64,000 bases of DNA from Amphiscolops sp. MND2022 (GCA_964187785.1 OZ076409.1:40798001-40862000); one strand, 5' to 3'. Numbered from the stretch's first letter, positions 1 to 13,501 are shown. The notes: generated from the letters alone by a model not told the origin. Numbers and translations are program-made.

Positions 1-121
1 ATTTTTTATTTATTCTTTTTCAAATCTCAATTGACTTACATTCGATTCAGGCTTTCAACTTAGTTGACTACGTAAACCGAGCGTGACGGAGATTATTTCA
101 ATCCATTTATTCCTAGTCAAG

Positions 122-707
122 TGTCATGAACATTTCGATTGATGAACTCACCGGTGCGGTGGTCACCACATTGTTCATTTCCTAGATGAGTTTTCACGTT
201 GGAATTGGGCTGTACTTCGGAGTTAATTTCCGGTCTCTCAACAGAAGTTTCCCACACCCTTCTAGTCTCGCGTCCCGATCCGGCCATTACAACATTTTGA
301 ATTTGGGGCAAAATCTGAGTGCTTATTGCCTCACTTATGGCTCTTTGGATTTAAGAACTAACGCTACTCATCGTCGCATCCATTTCTCTAGATATTCTAG
401 AGTTCAACTCGCTTGACAACCTGTTAATTTCAGCCTGAGAATTCATGTCTGCTGAATTTTGGCCATAATTGGCATTTGACCTTACATTGGGATCTCTACG
501 ATCAGAGTAAAGATTTTCCTCTCCTTCATCTAAGTTATTACTCATGACACTTTCATGCCTTCTGACTGAAGTACTATCAAGACTTCCGTCCCTTTCGGTT
601 CTATTAGAATGGTTCTCACCCAACATGATATCAAGTTTTTCAATGTCAGATAACATTTCTAAACCCCTTGATTTTCTCGTTTTCTTTTGCTTCCTTGTAG
701 TAGGCAT
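122..707 (-). pseudogene. LTR-encoded Gag N-terminal segment (MPTTRKQKK...RNVHD), premature stop
   Basis: ORFs 351..707 and 117..311 are in the same frame; peptide aligns by eye with ORFs at 4471..4827, 27451/27754 and 37813. Confidence 0.75.
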
Positions 708-1882
708 TAAGACAGAACCGGGTTGAATATTTCAATTATTGAAACCGGAAAGCTAACAGAGTAACTGTATTGAGTATTGAGTATCTTTACTAGTACAAGA
801 TCAACTGTTTTTATAACTCTCCCCAGCAAGGTGGTACTATTTATACTGCTCGGGGAATGACAATCACATTTTTTACATGACTAGTTAAGAAAATGGAATC
901 ACATGATTCACAACTTCATAGGGAAAATGTCCCGACACCTACATATTATTAGGGGACAATTAAGGAATGGCATCTAAAAGGTATTTGATAAAACAACAGT
1001 TATAAACAAATTACCGACTAAGGCAATTGCATCAAAGTGTCAACAAATACCTCCGCTTACATATTTTACAACGGAGTGAAGTGAAGGCACGTGCCGACAC
1101 AAGACTACTGCTGACCACATCAAGAATGGAATGTAATATTGCATGAACGAATTTAATACAACCTAAGTGTGTGTAAAGGTACATTTTCATGTTGAGGCCG
1201 GAATGGGTCAAAAACCATTAAATAAACGGCACATTAAGGGGACATGGTAAAATGGCCTTAATTGTCCATCATATTTTGGTTGGGGTTATTTAGGTGTCAA
1301 AGTGTTACAAGTGCTTTTATTTAGTTTAAAATCATGAATTTACTAGCTCCGAGTAAATACCAGTCTAATTAAATAACAAAGTACTACGATGCGTGAATTG
1401 GCCGGAACCGGCCATTTGACTGAAGTACTAGTGAACGTAAGCTCCATTTAGTCAATAGGCCTTATTCGGCCAATATAGCATGAAAGCACCTATACAACGA
1501 AAGAAACGATTCTGATTGGTTGACAAATACGTAGCAAGTCATATCGCCGAGAAAGGACGTTTTCGCACTTGAACACGTTTCCTTCTCGCGATTAACTTGC
1601 CTATTGTTTGCTACTGCATCAATTCAACTTCGCTTTTCAGTTTCACTCTCAGTATACTACATCAACGAATTGATTTGGCTAATCCCAAATAGTAATATTA
1701 ACAGACTAATATAAACTGCAACATATCAAAAAATATAACGGTCTGCAAACGAATATTATTGCTAAATGTGAGTTTTTAAAATTCAACAGTGTACTTGCTC
1801 AAAATGTAGGCAGAGTTCCGGGTTTCTTGGTTTGTTGCCGTCATCGTTATCAGTGTGCCATCACAGGCGGCAGCCTGCGACA
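122..1882 (-). mobile_element. Solo LTR, Gypsy family A (copy 1)
   Basis: Termini TGTC...GACA; perfect 5-bp TSD TCAAG (117-121, 1883-1887); minus-strand start TGTCGCAGGCTGCCGCCTGTGA shared with copies ending at 9293 and starting at 26425 and 37287; homologous to the 5' LTR of the gag-pol copy at 37287. Confidence 0.87.
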
Positions 1883-3849
1883 TCAAGCTACGAAAAAAAC
1901 TTTCTGGCATCATCAAGCCTTGCGAGCATTGTAAGAATATAGAATTTACTCTTTGATTACATTTTCTCCTTTATCCAGCGACAGCAGTAGGCAAAATGGA
2001 GACATTTAGAAGATCTATAGTAAAATGCAGTTAGGTGATCTTTGCAAAAAAGAAAGGATTGTAACGTTCACCAGCTTGGTGACAAAACAACAGCTGCCAG
2101 AAATTTATCGAAAATTCGAGGCATCGCGCAAAAAAAACAAATGGCCGACTTAGCATGTACCTAAAAACACACTGGAAGACGTATAAAGACACCCCACACA
2201 GAGACACCCCGAAAAGAGACAGAGAAGAAGAAAGAGAACACAATATTCAGCGTATATTACTAAGCAACCCCGTGTGGGACCATCTAGTGCCAGAGAATTT
2301 TCCCCAGAATGCGGACAACCCCGAATTTTTTTTAGAAGAGTTATGCAACTTTCGCATGGAGTGTTCCGCAGGTCGTCGACTCGCTGAGACTTCATTTCAA
2401 CGTTTAACTGATAATCCTATGTGTATTATGTGTATGACGTCCAGTACTGTGATATCATCAAAGACTTCACCTCAAGAATGGGGTCATCCCCAATTTCGAC
2501 CCCAGAGTTTTGCAATTTTTGCATGGACTATGCCGCATATCGAAGTCTCTGAGACCTTAAATTTAGGTTTCACTGATAAAACGCTATATGTTTATATTAT
2601 TCTTCAGGTATTTGAAAATGTATGTGTCAGATCCTTTTTTTTCACCATACACAACCAATATAATGTATTTTAGCTACTTACCGTTTTTAGACATCAGAAG
2701 TGTGTAGGAAGCCTCAGCTACACTAGAAATCCGGCTTACGTGGTACTGGGACTTTGAGTTGACTTTGAGTGTGTCAACATGTGGCTTCGGAGCTCTAAAA
2801 TGAGGAGTCTCTTCGACTTTCGAAACGTCTCCCAGGAGACCGTTTTTTGAGTGAAAACTGTTGTTTATGATTGTAGATAGGATAGACTATTGTCTGTCTC
2901 GTATCCAAGCAACCTAAGCATTGTCCTAGCTTTAGCATGTGCGTTTTTTGCTAAGGTTACAAATTTACTGTAGTCAACACCTTTTAAAAAAGCGCCGACT
3001 GAAAAGGATTATTTCGCTGCCTCGAAATAGCCTAAGACCATTGTTTTCTGAAGTTGAGCAAACTACGTTGAGACTTCATGGATTTTCTGGTATGAATCTC
3101 TGATATATAGAAAATAGGGGCAACAATGAATTCCAGTAACATCACTATTTTAAAGTAAAACCGCGGCAATGGGCATGGGACGAATCGAATTTGACGCACG
3201 CATTGAGATGAAAAATGCCTCAATTTTAAAGACGATGTACTTCGATCTTCACAAACCTTCAAACTTTTGAAGAATGTTTCCCACTTGAGAAGGCCGCTTG
3301 ATTCGCTGATAAGGGGGAGGGACTGACACGAAGACTTAGTGTCCGGGACTGACAGCCTTGACATAGCAACTCATTTGTTCTCTGTTGGGTGCCTATCCCG
3401 TGGAAGGGGTCTCGTCCTAACAGGAGCCTATCCAACATTATTCCATTCTTTCACTGCTTCCTTGAGTAAGAATCTCGCTAATGGTTGTGTGGAGCACATT
3501 TGTTCTCAATAATTGTCAATGAGGGAGCATTACTGTGGTTCCTACTAATTTCATTCTTTGTTCTCAGATCTTGTCCACGCGACGTTCTCACGACAGCTTT
3601 TCCTCTGCTCATTTCTGATTTGGCAGTACTTGGGTGACATGCTCACTGGTAAGACAAATCCGGCTTCAACAAATTTTCGCATGACAAATTTAAGATCTGT
3701 TATAAATAATCCGGTCTGTGATACTGTGATAATGGCCACGTTGAGCGGTCAAGTGAATTAATCATTGAATTAAAAGTACGAGGGTGGGGAATGTAAAATT
3801 TCCGCCCTCTGTGAGGGGAGGGAGTTAACAGAAAAGATCCGTACTGTGA

Positions 3850-4450
3850 TTAAGAAATCGTCCAACTATGCGTCGTTATCAAATGAGAAAATGGAGTCCG
3901 GGATTTGTTGCAGATTTTTAAAAGTGATGCTTCAACTTTACGATCAAAATATGCTTTGTTTTTATGGAAATCGTTCAGTTTTGTTGTGGTTTCTTTGGAT
4001 TTTCTTTCCCTAATGTCAAGAATCGGTGTTTAAGGTGTTTGAACAGATCACAGAACAGTATGCGACCGCTAAACGATTCAAGTTGTCTGCCTTTTCGATT
4101 AGCTTTTAATTTGAGCATTTCGAAAGATTGAGTGTAAAATAGTAACTTCAACAACTTCCTTAATACGAGACATTATTTCAGATGTAAACGCAGTACCTTT
4201 GACTGTAAAGGTGTGTTTCGAAACATAGTCGTGCTGGGTGAAATTTTGCATGAGTGCTTCGTCTATCAAGTTGGAGGTCAGTTTAAAAGAGATCAGTCAA
4301 CCGACAAAATAATCTATTGTTGACATTTTTACGAGTGTCTGGACTTGTTCAGGTAACTTTGAAGCGCAATCAGTTTTTCGAAGTTCAGCTAACTTTCCAG
4401 AAGCGCCACCGTATCCCGGCATTTAAGTGCAGTTTTTCAAACAATGTTTC
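3850..4450 (-). mobile_element. Heavily decayed Gypsy integrase fragment
   Basis: Minus-strand translation gives KGTAFTSEIM and NKAYFDRK, resembling KGTAFTS and YKEFYERK of the integrase at 42.8-43.3 kb; many stops. Confidence 0.5.
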
Positions 4451-4568
4451 AGTAGTTTCTGACGAAACTTTTATACGGTGATACAACCTTTTGTTATGGT
4501 GGTACATGACGTCATTATTACATTCGAGACAGCTGTCCAATAACGTACTACAAAATTTGATATCTTTG

Positions 4569-7500
4569 TGTCGTGAGTGCTCTCTAAGTCTTCGTTTCTG
4601 TTTGGGAACCTAGGGAACTCATCTCTCGAGTTGCTTTTGAAACTACGATCTAAGGTTTTTTCAGATCTGCACCCCTGTCCTCTAACCGGAACTTCCCATC
4701 TTCTTTCTGGCACACGTCCCTGTCCAGACCTTAATGTAGCTTGGATCTGAGGGAATATTTGATCGCTTATTGCTTCATTAATGGCCCTTTGGATGTGGGA
4801 ACTTACTGAGCTCATAAAATCACCCATCTCTTGAGTAATTTTTTAATTCAATTCTCCTGACAATTTATTAAATTCGCAGTTAGAAAGAATCAGTTTCCCT
4901 CAAACTTTGACCATATTGGGCAAAAATCCCTAATTTCAGCTTCTCGCGAGTTAGAGTGCGAAACGGTATTTTGATTCACTGAAGTATCGTAACACGGAAT
5001 ATCAGGCCTTCTGCCAAAGATACTAGGTTCACTCCCCTCTCCCTCTATAAGTTTTTCCCCTAACATTATTTCAATGTTTTCGATATCTGATAACAGAAGT
5101 TTCTCTAGATTTTCTAGCTTTCTTCTGCTTCCTTGTAGTAGGCATCAATAGCACCCGATAGTAACAATTGAATGATTTCACTGGAAAGTTAGGTTTTAAT
5201 AAACGTGTTGAACACTATGAAGATCGGGGATTTTGTGACAAGCTCAAGGAGTTGGAAGTATATATACTACTTCAGGCATGACACTCACAATTTTCACATG
5301 TCAACAAATCAACATTCTAACAAACATCAAACTAGCGAATATCAAAGGGTTGGAGGAATTTGGACGGTTACGGGTGGAATATTTCAAATATGTTTACATA
5401 CCAATGTCATATGACAACGAATAGCATTAATACATCAAAGCAATGATCCGCTCTAAAATGCTAAAAATGTAATTCCTTGGTAGGCACGTGCTTACACGCG
5501 CGGACCAAAGATATTTCATATCAGCGTAGCCATACAGTTTCATGTCTTTTATCATTGCACAAAGTTAGCCTGAATTGGCCTTAAGACTCATGAGTAGCCT
5601 GAGATTTATAGGCAGCACAGATACAAAGACCAGTAATTAGAATATAGCAACAATAATTAGCAAATAATTTACTTGTATATAATGGCTTTTTATAGTAGTA
5701 AAAAGTATAAATGTAGCATCAGTACCGACTAATTGCATGAGCTATCAAGATTACACTGAGGTATTGTTGAAGAATTAACCGAAACCGGCCATTCGACCAG
5801 TGTTCTACTTGTATGTAGCACTAAAGCGTCAAAAGGCCTTACTCGCCCGTTTAGTTTAAATAGTACAAGCAGCACAATGAATAATGCGTTCTGAGTTGTT
5901 GAAATAGCACTGGTAAGTAACGCTGCCGAGAAAAGACATTTCAACACTTGAACTCGTTTCCCTTCTGTTGATCGACAGCACGCAATTTATCTCAGCCTTT
6001 TCAATCTAATTTAAACTCAAAGCATCTTTGACAAACTCAGCTTCTTGATTTGATTACCTCAAATCGTAATATTTTACCAGACTAGTTTTAAAGTTTGAAA
6101 GTAATAATAATACACGAAAATAACAACATCTGAAATAAAAAAGTTTCTTTGCTAAGGTAAAAGTTTTGATCCGTTTACTTGCTAGGTGCGATTTCTGCTT
6201 TAGTAGATGGGCAGAGTTCCGGGCGAGATTTGCTACCCAGTTGTGGTCGTTTTTAGTCGGCGCCTTTTCCCTTAAGGGAAAAAGCCCGGCTATTACAGTG
6301 GGTAGTTTTTTTTCTTTTTCAGCCTACAATCTCACTCTGAATGGTCCACTTTTTACAATTTGTTCATCTGTTCTGTTGTTCATCTTCGACTAAATTTCTG
6401 AAGCCGCAGAGCGGGGGTTCGATATTCGCACTAAACCATAATATTTTTATGCTTCCAAAAGTACAGCAGGTGAGACCAAAGGGTCCCCCCTTTGGTTTTT
6501 TTTTCAGCACTATGCGACTTTTTTTTCGAAAATTTTCGGATTCTATCAATGGGTAACCCCTTGCATTTTTTTGAAATTTTCGGTTTGTAAAATCGTTCAA
6601 TGAGCCTGAATGGCCTCTTTTTGAGTTTTTCGGCATTGTGCGACTTTCTAAAAAAATACTATTTTTTCGAGAAAAAAAATTTTCAAAATTTTTTTGAAAA
6701 AAATAATTTTTCCAAATGTTTCCAATAGTTGTTCTTTGAATATTTTTGAGCCTTAGGTATGGCGCCGACTTGAGACGATCCCGTCTTGTTTTTCTTTTTC
6801 AGCTGACAATCTCACTGTGAATGGTCCACTTTTTATAATTTTCATGATCCACTAACTGCCACACTTGTAACTTCTACTGGCACTTGGCATAGAGGTTACG
6901 GCTTTTTTGAGGTCTGCCAAGCAGAAGGACGTCCAACCCTGATCAAACATTTTTAGTGCAGGTTTTTTTTCGGCTTTGTGATACTTTTTTTTCGCAAATT
7001 TTTTAAATGTCTCCAAAGGGCCCCCCCCTTCATTTTTTCCTAATTTGCAAAAAAATGGATGTTCAAAAACTCCCAAAGGCCCCCCTTTTACAATTTTCGG
7101 CACTATGCGTCTTACCGGAGACCAAAAAAAATTCGAAAAAAAATTTCAAAAAAATCGGATTTTTTTCAACTTTTTCCTCACGCGGGGACTGTAGAAGAGA
7201 ACACTTGACACATTGAAGTCCTTTTGCTATTTTTGAGCCTTAGATATGGCGCCGACTTGGGCCGTTCCCGGCTTTTTAGTCGGCGCCTTTTCCCTTAAGG
7301 AAAAAAGCCCGACTATTACAGTGTTTAGTTTTTGTTCTTTTTCAGCCTACAATCTCACTCTGAATGGTTCACTTTTTACAATTTGTTCATCTGTTCTGTT
7401 GTTCATCTTCGACTAAATTTCTGAAGCCGGAGAGCGGGGTTCGATTCTCGCACTAAACCACAATATTTTTATGCTTCCAAAAGTACAGCAGGTGAGACCA

Positions 7501-9293
7501 AAGGGTCCCCCCCCTCTTTGGGTTTTTTTCGGCACTCTGCGACTTTTTTCGAAAATCTTCGAATTTCATCAAAGGGTACCCCTTGCATTTTTTTGAAGTT
7601 TTCGGTTTGTAACAAACGTTTAATGGGCCTAAATGACCTCTTTTTGGCTTTTTCGGCACTGTGCGACTTTAACCGAATACTTTTAAAAATATAGATATAT
7701 TTTTTTCAAATGCTTCCAATAGTTGTTTTCAAATTAGTGAGACTTTTTTTCGCAAATTTTTCAAATGTCTCCATGGGGTCCCCCTTCATTTTTTCCTATT
7801 TTTCCAAAGAATGGATGTTCAAAAACTCCCAAATGCCCCCTTTTACATTTGTCGGCACTATGCCATTTACCGAGGACCAAAAAAATCAAAACAAAAATTA
7901 AAAAAAATTTTTCCTATTTTTTCCTCACGTGGGTTTTGTAGAAGAGAATACCTGACACATTGAAGTCCTTTTGCTATTTTTGAGCCTTAGGTATGGCGCC
8001 GACTTGAGACGATCCCGTCTTGTTTTTCTTTTTCAGCTGACAATCTCACTGTGAATGGTCCACTTTTTATAATTTTCATGATCCACTAACTGCCACACTT
8101 GTAACTTCTACTGGCACTTGGCATAGAGGTTACGGCTTTTTTGAGGTCTGCCAAGCAGAAGGACGTCCAACCCTGATCAAACATTTTTAGTGCAGGTTTT
8201 TTTTCGGCTTTGTGATACTTTTTTTTCGCAAATTTTTTAAATGTCTCCAAAGGGCCCCCCCTTCATTTTTTCCTATTTTGCAAAAAAATGGATGTTCAAA
8301 AACTCCCAAAGGCCCCCCTTTTACAATTTTCGGCACTATGCGTCTTACCGGAGACCAAAAAAAAATTCGAAAAAAAATTTCAAAAAAATCGGATTTTTTT
8401 CAACTTTTTCCTCACGCGGGGACTGTAGAAGAGAACACTTGCCACATTGAAGTCCTTTTGCTATTTTTGAGCCTTAGATATGGCGCCGACTTGGGCCGTT
8501 CCCGGCTTTTTAGTCGGCGCCTTTTCCCTTAAGGAAAAAAGCCCGACTATTACAGTGTTTAGTTTTTGTTCTTTTTCAGCCTACAATCTCACTCTGAATG
8601 GTTCACTTTTTACAATTTGTTCATCTGTTCTGTTGTTCATCTTCGACTAAATTTCTGAAGCCGGAGAGCGGGGTTCGATTCTCGCACTAAACCACAATAT
8701 TTTTATGCTTCCAAAAGTACAGCAGGTGAGACCAAAGGGTCCCCCCCCCTCTTTGGGTTTTTTTCGGCACTCTGCGACTTTTTTCGAAAATCTTCGAATT
8801 TCATCAAAGGGTACCCCTTGCATTTTTTTGAAGTTTTCGGTTTGTAACAAACGTTTAATGGGCCTAAATGACCTCTTTTTGGCTTTTTCGGCACTGTGCG
8901 ACTTTAACCGAATACTTTTAAAAATATAGATATATTTTTTTCAAATGCTTCCAATAGTTGTTTTCAAATTAGTGAGACTTTTTTTCGCAAATTTTTCAAA
9001 TGTCTCCATGGGGTCCCCCTTCATTTTTTCCTATTTTTCCAAAGAATGGATGTTCAAAAACTCCCAAATGCCCCCTTTTACATTTGTCGGCACTATGCCA
9101 TTTACCGAGGACCAAAAAAATCAAAACAAAAATTAAAAAAATTTTTTCCTATTTTTTCCTCACGTGGGTTTTGTAGAAGAGAATACCTGACACATTGAAG
9201 TCCTTTTGCTATTTTTGAGCCTTAGATATGGCGCCGACTTGGGCCGTTCCCGGCTTGTTATCTTTGTCTCGTCACAGGCGGCAGCCTGCGACA
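4569..9293 (-). mobile_element. Solo LTR, Gypsy family A (copy 2), interrupted by a 3-kb HINE array
   Basis: TGTC at 4569 and GCGACA at 9293; 4569-6250 homologous to copy 1; LTR resumes at ~9260; encodes ...QRAINEAISDQIFPQIQ...RNEDLESTHD; flanks CTTTG/GTATG are only a 3/5 TSD match. Confidence 0.75.
6251..9259 (+). mobile_element. Tandem array of non-autonomous Helentron (DINE-1/HINE-like) units
   Basis: 5' TT-TTAGTCGGCGCC followed by a hairpin (CCTTTTCCCTTAAGGGAAAAAGCCCG); 3' subTIR GGCGCCGACT then ...CCCGGCTTGTT; inserted at TT; five 3' ends (6761, 7248, 7995, 8482, 9230) with a 1234-bp higher-order period. Confidence 0.75.
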
Positions 9294-9725
9294 GTATGAT
9301 AGGTTTATGTAACAATTTTTATCAATCGTTGTACATCCTCGTTACATTCCTAGTTACAATTCCGTTGGTAAAGTTGGGTGAAATAGATACCTGCTTATCA
9401 ATAAAAGTGATGAGCTGCAACTGTCGCTGGATGTCTCTTAGTCATATGTTGTACTGCTCATTCGACTAGTATTGTTGTTGAGTGAACATGAACAGTAATT
9501 ACTGCATTGATGAATGAGTTGATGTCAGAGGACAGCCGTCAATGTTGTCATCTGGGTTGAAGTTGTCTTCGCCATCCTGCCTTTTCCCTGGTAGGTCAGT
9601 CTCCACATTGTGCACTGGCATCTTCGTTTTAAATTCAATATGAAACCTGACTTGTTAGCGTATTGTGGATGTTCATGATTAAATGCAATAGAACTTGTGG
9701 ATACCATAAAGTCGACATGAATTTT

Positions 9726-10645
9726 AACAAGTCGGGAACGGCATATGTCGGCGCGCTGCTTAAACCTCAAAAATAGCAAAAGGACTTCGAAGCATCAAAT
9801 AGTCGCTTCCACAGTACCCGACAAATCCCAAGAGGTACCCAAAATCTGAAACTGTCCAATGCAGTAAAGAAAATAACTACACTAGTATCAAATTTGAAGT
9901 TTATCCCTAAATGGACAAGGGAATTTCCGAACCCATCCAAAAACCCGGTGCTTAATCTTTAAACCGCTTATTCTTTAAACATCTTCTAAACTTTTCGAGT
10001 TCGAGAAACGATTTATAGCGCGTCGAAAGAAGAAGACAATCAGGGATTTAAAATTGTGGAGAGTTCTTCGCTTCGTCCCAATCTTCCATTCAGGGTTGAT
10101 TAGAATGTAGCAGCAAATGGAAGCGCTTGTTTTCGAACATCCGTCGTTTTCTAAGAGAAACGCCGTATAGTTCGGATATAACGTCAAAAAAGGGGATATT
10201 GCGCAATACTTTCGAAACTCCCTCTCCTCTTCAGTGAAATGCAACTTACTTCGGATATAACGTCAAAAATTCAGATAGTATTTATTGAAATTTTTTTAAT
10301 GGATGTATAGTGAGAAACCCTAATTTTAGACGGAAAATGAGAATTTGGAAACAGTCTCATAGTGCTGGAAAATGTGAAAGGGTATCCTTTGAGCTTTTTT
10401 AACATCCAATTTGTTGCAAAATATCAAAAAAATGAAGGGAACCCTTCAGACTTGTTCGGTTTTGTATGTTACGCTAAAAAGGAACAACTATTATAGTTCA
10501 GTTCCCTTAATCGAATGGTACAATTTGACACCTTGAAATTTTGTATAACGTTTGGTAGAACTTTTTTGGTCAGTGCGTGTGCATTGAAAAAAGAGTCTCA
10601 GTCACTATTATAGTCGCGTTTCACTTCACGAAGGAATGACTAGAA
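9726..10645 (-). mobile_element. HINE-like element
   Basis: AACAAGTCGGGAACGGC...GTCGGCGC (reverse 3' end) and CACTATTATAGTCGCGTTTCACTTCACGAAG (reverse 5' hairpin region, like the copy at 18401). Confidence 0.6.
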
Positions 10646-11299
10646 ATGTGAGCAAAATCGTTAACAAATTCCTCTGCGTACATGGGAAGTGACATCCAGA
10701 AGAAGCAATGTAAATTGTAGACCGTTGGAAAAAGTTGACAGAATGCGAAATTTTGGGCTTTCTAGGGAACTCGTCTATTTATCTTCCAATACTTGGGCAA
10801 TTTCCCATGGCCAAAAACACACTTAAGCACAATTGGAGACTAGATAAAATCTGTAATTGTTGAAACACAGTCTCAATTTGGTCAGCAAGCTCTGTTGCCT
10901 GCAATTCCAATGTTATCACCTGAATGAGGGAATGTTTCGACTTATACGAAAGTATCTGAGCACTCGCGGTTTGTACTGATCAAAACTGAAACGGAGCAGT
11001 GCAAACCTTGGGCAAGACAAGGACGGGTGAACGAAAATTGTACAATTAAGTGCCAAATATATGTACTGATTTTTCATCGGCATTGTGAGCAATGATAGGC
11101 CTCTAACAATCAGATAAGCAACTAACAATCGAACTAACAAAAACACCTTGTAACCTGACATGTGCTGTGTTGCGTCATCCATTGTCGTTACTGGATGGTT
11201 GAGTTGATTTCAACAACAATCCTACCTAAGTTCCATCTTAACAAGTACGTCAATTTAAACTAGTAGATTTAAACTAGTTTTGTTCATTGCCTTTAAGTG

Positions 11300-13495
11300 T
11301 TAGCCATGTTTCAATATTCTCTTTCTCGCGTAGATTCAGCAGTGACTGTCCCCATTATCTGAATTTGAAGCTCTCGTTGTTGATTCGTCGTTAGATGGTT
11401 TTTGTTTAGGCGAGTGATCACAAGTCCTATGCGTACGGTATCATTGTCTTGTTCGTTTGAGCTTCAAACTACTAGATTAGTACTAGGTCTTGGAACGTCC
11501 AACAAAAGCAACACATGCAAGAGCTGGCACAATGCTTATGTTGCTTGGACAGGAGACCATAGCATACAATCCGAAACTTCAGTTTTCTGCCAAAAGTTAT
11601 CTCCTTGATAACCTTTCTAACATCGAGATAACAAATTGCATAACTGCTGTCAAAATTTGGGGTCACCGCATTCTTGGTTCGAATTCCCTGCTGATATCGC
11701 AAATCTTCTTCACGTTCTCAGGCGCGAATTGTCGTTATACAATTTCGTGACTCAACCACTTTGTTTAGATCATGAAGAATACGGATTTTCTTTTGCTTGC
11801 TCCGTATCCGACTTTTTCCAACTTATTCAGGACCCCGAATCAGTTTTTCTCGCTGTCTTGTTTACTTCCCCTAGTCACTACAAATATAACGTCTAACCAA
11901 GCAGATGTACTGTATCCGAGTGTTCGGTCAATTTTTCTTGGAATATTGTGGGTATATCAGGAAGACCGTAGAACCCCTTTTTGAATCGGTAAAATCCGCC
12001 TAACTTCCATCCAGTTATTGCAAATACAAAGTGTCGGCTTGTCTTTTCCAATAATTTCATCTGTCCGTATGCGTAATCCAGATCTATCTTTGACATGAAT
12101 AACTGTACTGTTCGGTCGAGGGTAATTGTTACCGGAATCTGGTTTAAGTGTTTTTCCATGTTCGGCATATATGGTCTCATTCTAATGCAACCATCAATTA
12201 ATTTCCGTGAGTCTAATGCTAATTTTTACCAATTTATCGCTTTTCACGGTTATTACCACCGATACAAAGCAATCTTACTCCACATCAATTATTTTTTCTA
12301 AGTGTCCGGTCTTTATCAGTTTCTCTTAGACTCGCCCCCACGTCTTCTTGTGAGTGTAATGGTACCAGTCTCTCATTTTGTTTGACTGGGTAGTGTCATG
12401 GTTTTATCTGAATGTTTATTTCGGTGTATTTTATTGTTTCGTTGTTCTCGAAAAAGTCCGGAAATTTGTTGAATACTTTCTCGCGTTCTGATTTATCTGT
12501 TCTCGGTCAATTGTATTCTGCAGATTCTTAATTTGAGTCCCTTTATACAGTCCATCCCAAGTAACGGATTCTTTAGGTTATTAGGATTTCTATTTTTCGT
12601 TCGTTATTCTCGTATTCCATGTCTACCGGAATTTATTTCGTCCTTGTTCACATCTTGATGTCTGTTAGTGATTTTCTGTATTCCGGTTCTTTTTCGAGAT
12701 TTTTTTGTCCGGCGGCATTATTATTATCGGCTTCCATTATGAATTCTTTATCCCGTTTGTTTTTTTACTATTGCCGAGAAGTGTTTGTTCTGGTCTTCGA
12801 TTTTCGTTACTTCTTTTGTGTGATGTATACTTTCGTCTGATTGGCTTGATGAATCGTCTCGGTCATCAGTTTCGTTTTCGGTTAGTCTTTTCACTGTTCG
12901 GTTGTTGGTATATTTTCGTCTGGTCAATTTGCCTAGTGTCTTTTTTTCCACCATTGTTACAATTTGTATCTATTGCCGGACATTTATGTATTGGTGTCCA
13001 GTTCGATGCCCCGAAGAGTCTGCATGGTCTGTTTTCCTGTCGAACTGTTTTTGGTCTCGCACTGAACTTTTTCATTCATTGTATCGGTTCTTCTTTTATC
13101 GTCTGTTTTTCTTTTGCCAAATTTAGCGCCTTCGGTATTGGGTTTTTCTTGTTTTTTGTTTCGTAGGTGTTCTGTTCAATTAGTTCGATCGTCTTTTTGA
13201 ATTCTAATGTCTTTTCTTTCATCATTTTGTCCCGTGAAATTTTGTCGATGATTGCTGTCATATATTTGTATATCAGTAGTTCTTCGGCTGAGATCGTACT
13301 GAAATTGCATTCTTTTTCGATTTCAATCAATTTTCTCCAAAATTCGTGGAGTGTTTCTTCTTCCGATTGTTTAGACCAAAAGAAATCTCCGCGATCGTTA
13401 TATGTGTTGCATTTCGTTAAGTAGTACTCGGTAAATAACCGAATCAAGTCCTTGATTTTGATGCTGTCCGGTTTCGTTTTGTACTCGGCTCGGGT
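11300..13495 (-). mobile_element. Decayed Ty3/Gypsy retrotransposon, family B (gag-RT fragments)
   Basis: Gag RGDFFWSKQSEEETLHEFWRKLIEIEKECNF, degenerate Zn knuckle, RT IDLDYAYGQ and GFYRFKKGFYGLPDIPTIFQ; frameshifted; homologous to 29.6-34.4 kb. Confidence 0.82.
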
Positions 13496-13501
13496 ATTTG
13501 A

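Noticed and set aside
2155..2673. 172-aa ORF as a host gene
   Set aside because: No recognisable domain or convincing exon structure; left uncalled.
3032..3761. env-like ORF3 downstream of the decayed integrase
   Set aside because: No signal peptide, fusion or transmembrane pattern visible.
6251..9259. Recurrent GGCGCCGACT palindromic repeats as a CRISPR-like array
   Set aside because: Intervening DNA is 500-750 bp and itself repeated; no cas genes; eukaryotic context.
6341..9469. Many Lys/Phe-rich short ORFs
   Set aside because: Products of A/T homopolymer-rich HINE repeats; frames are not conserved between copies.
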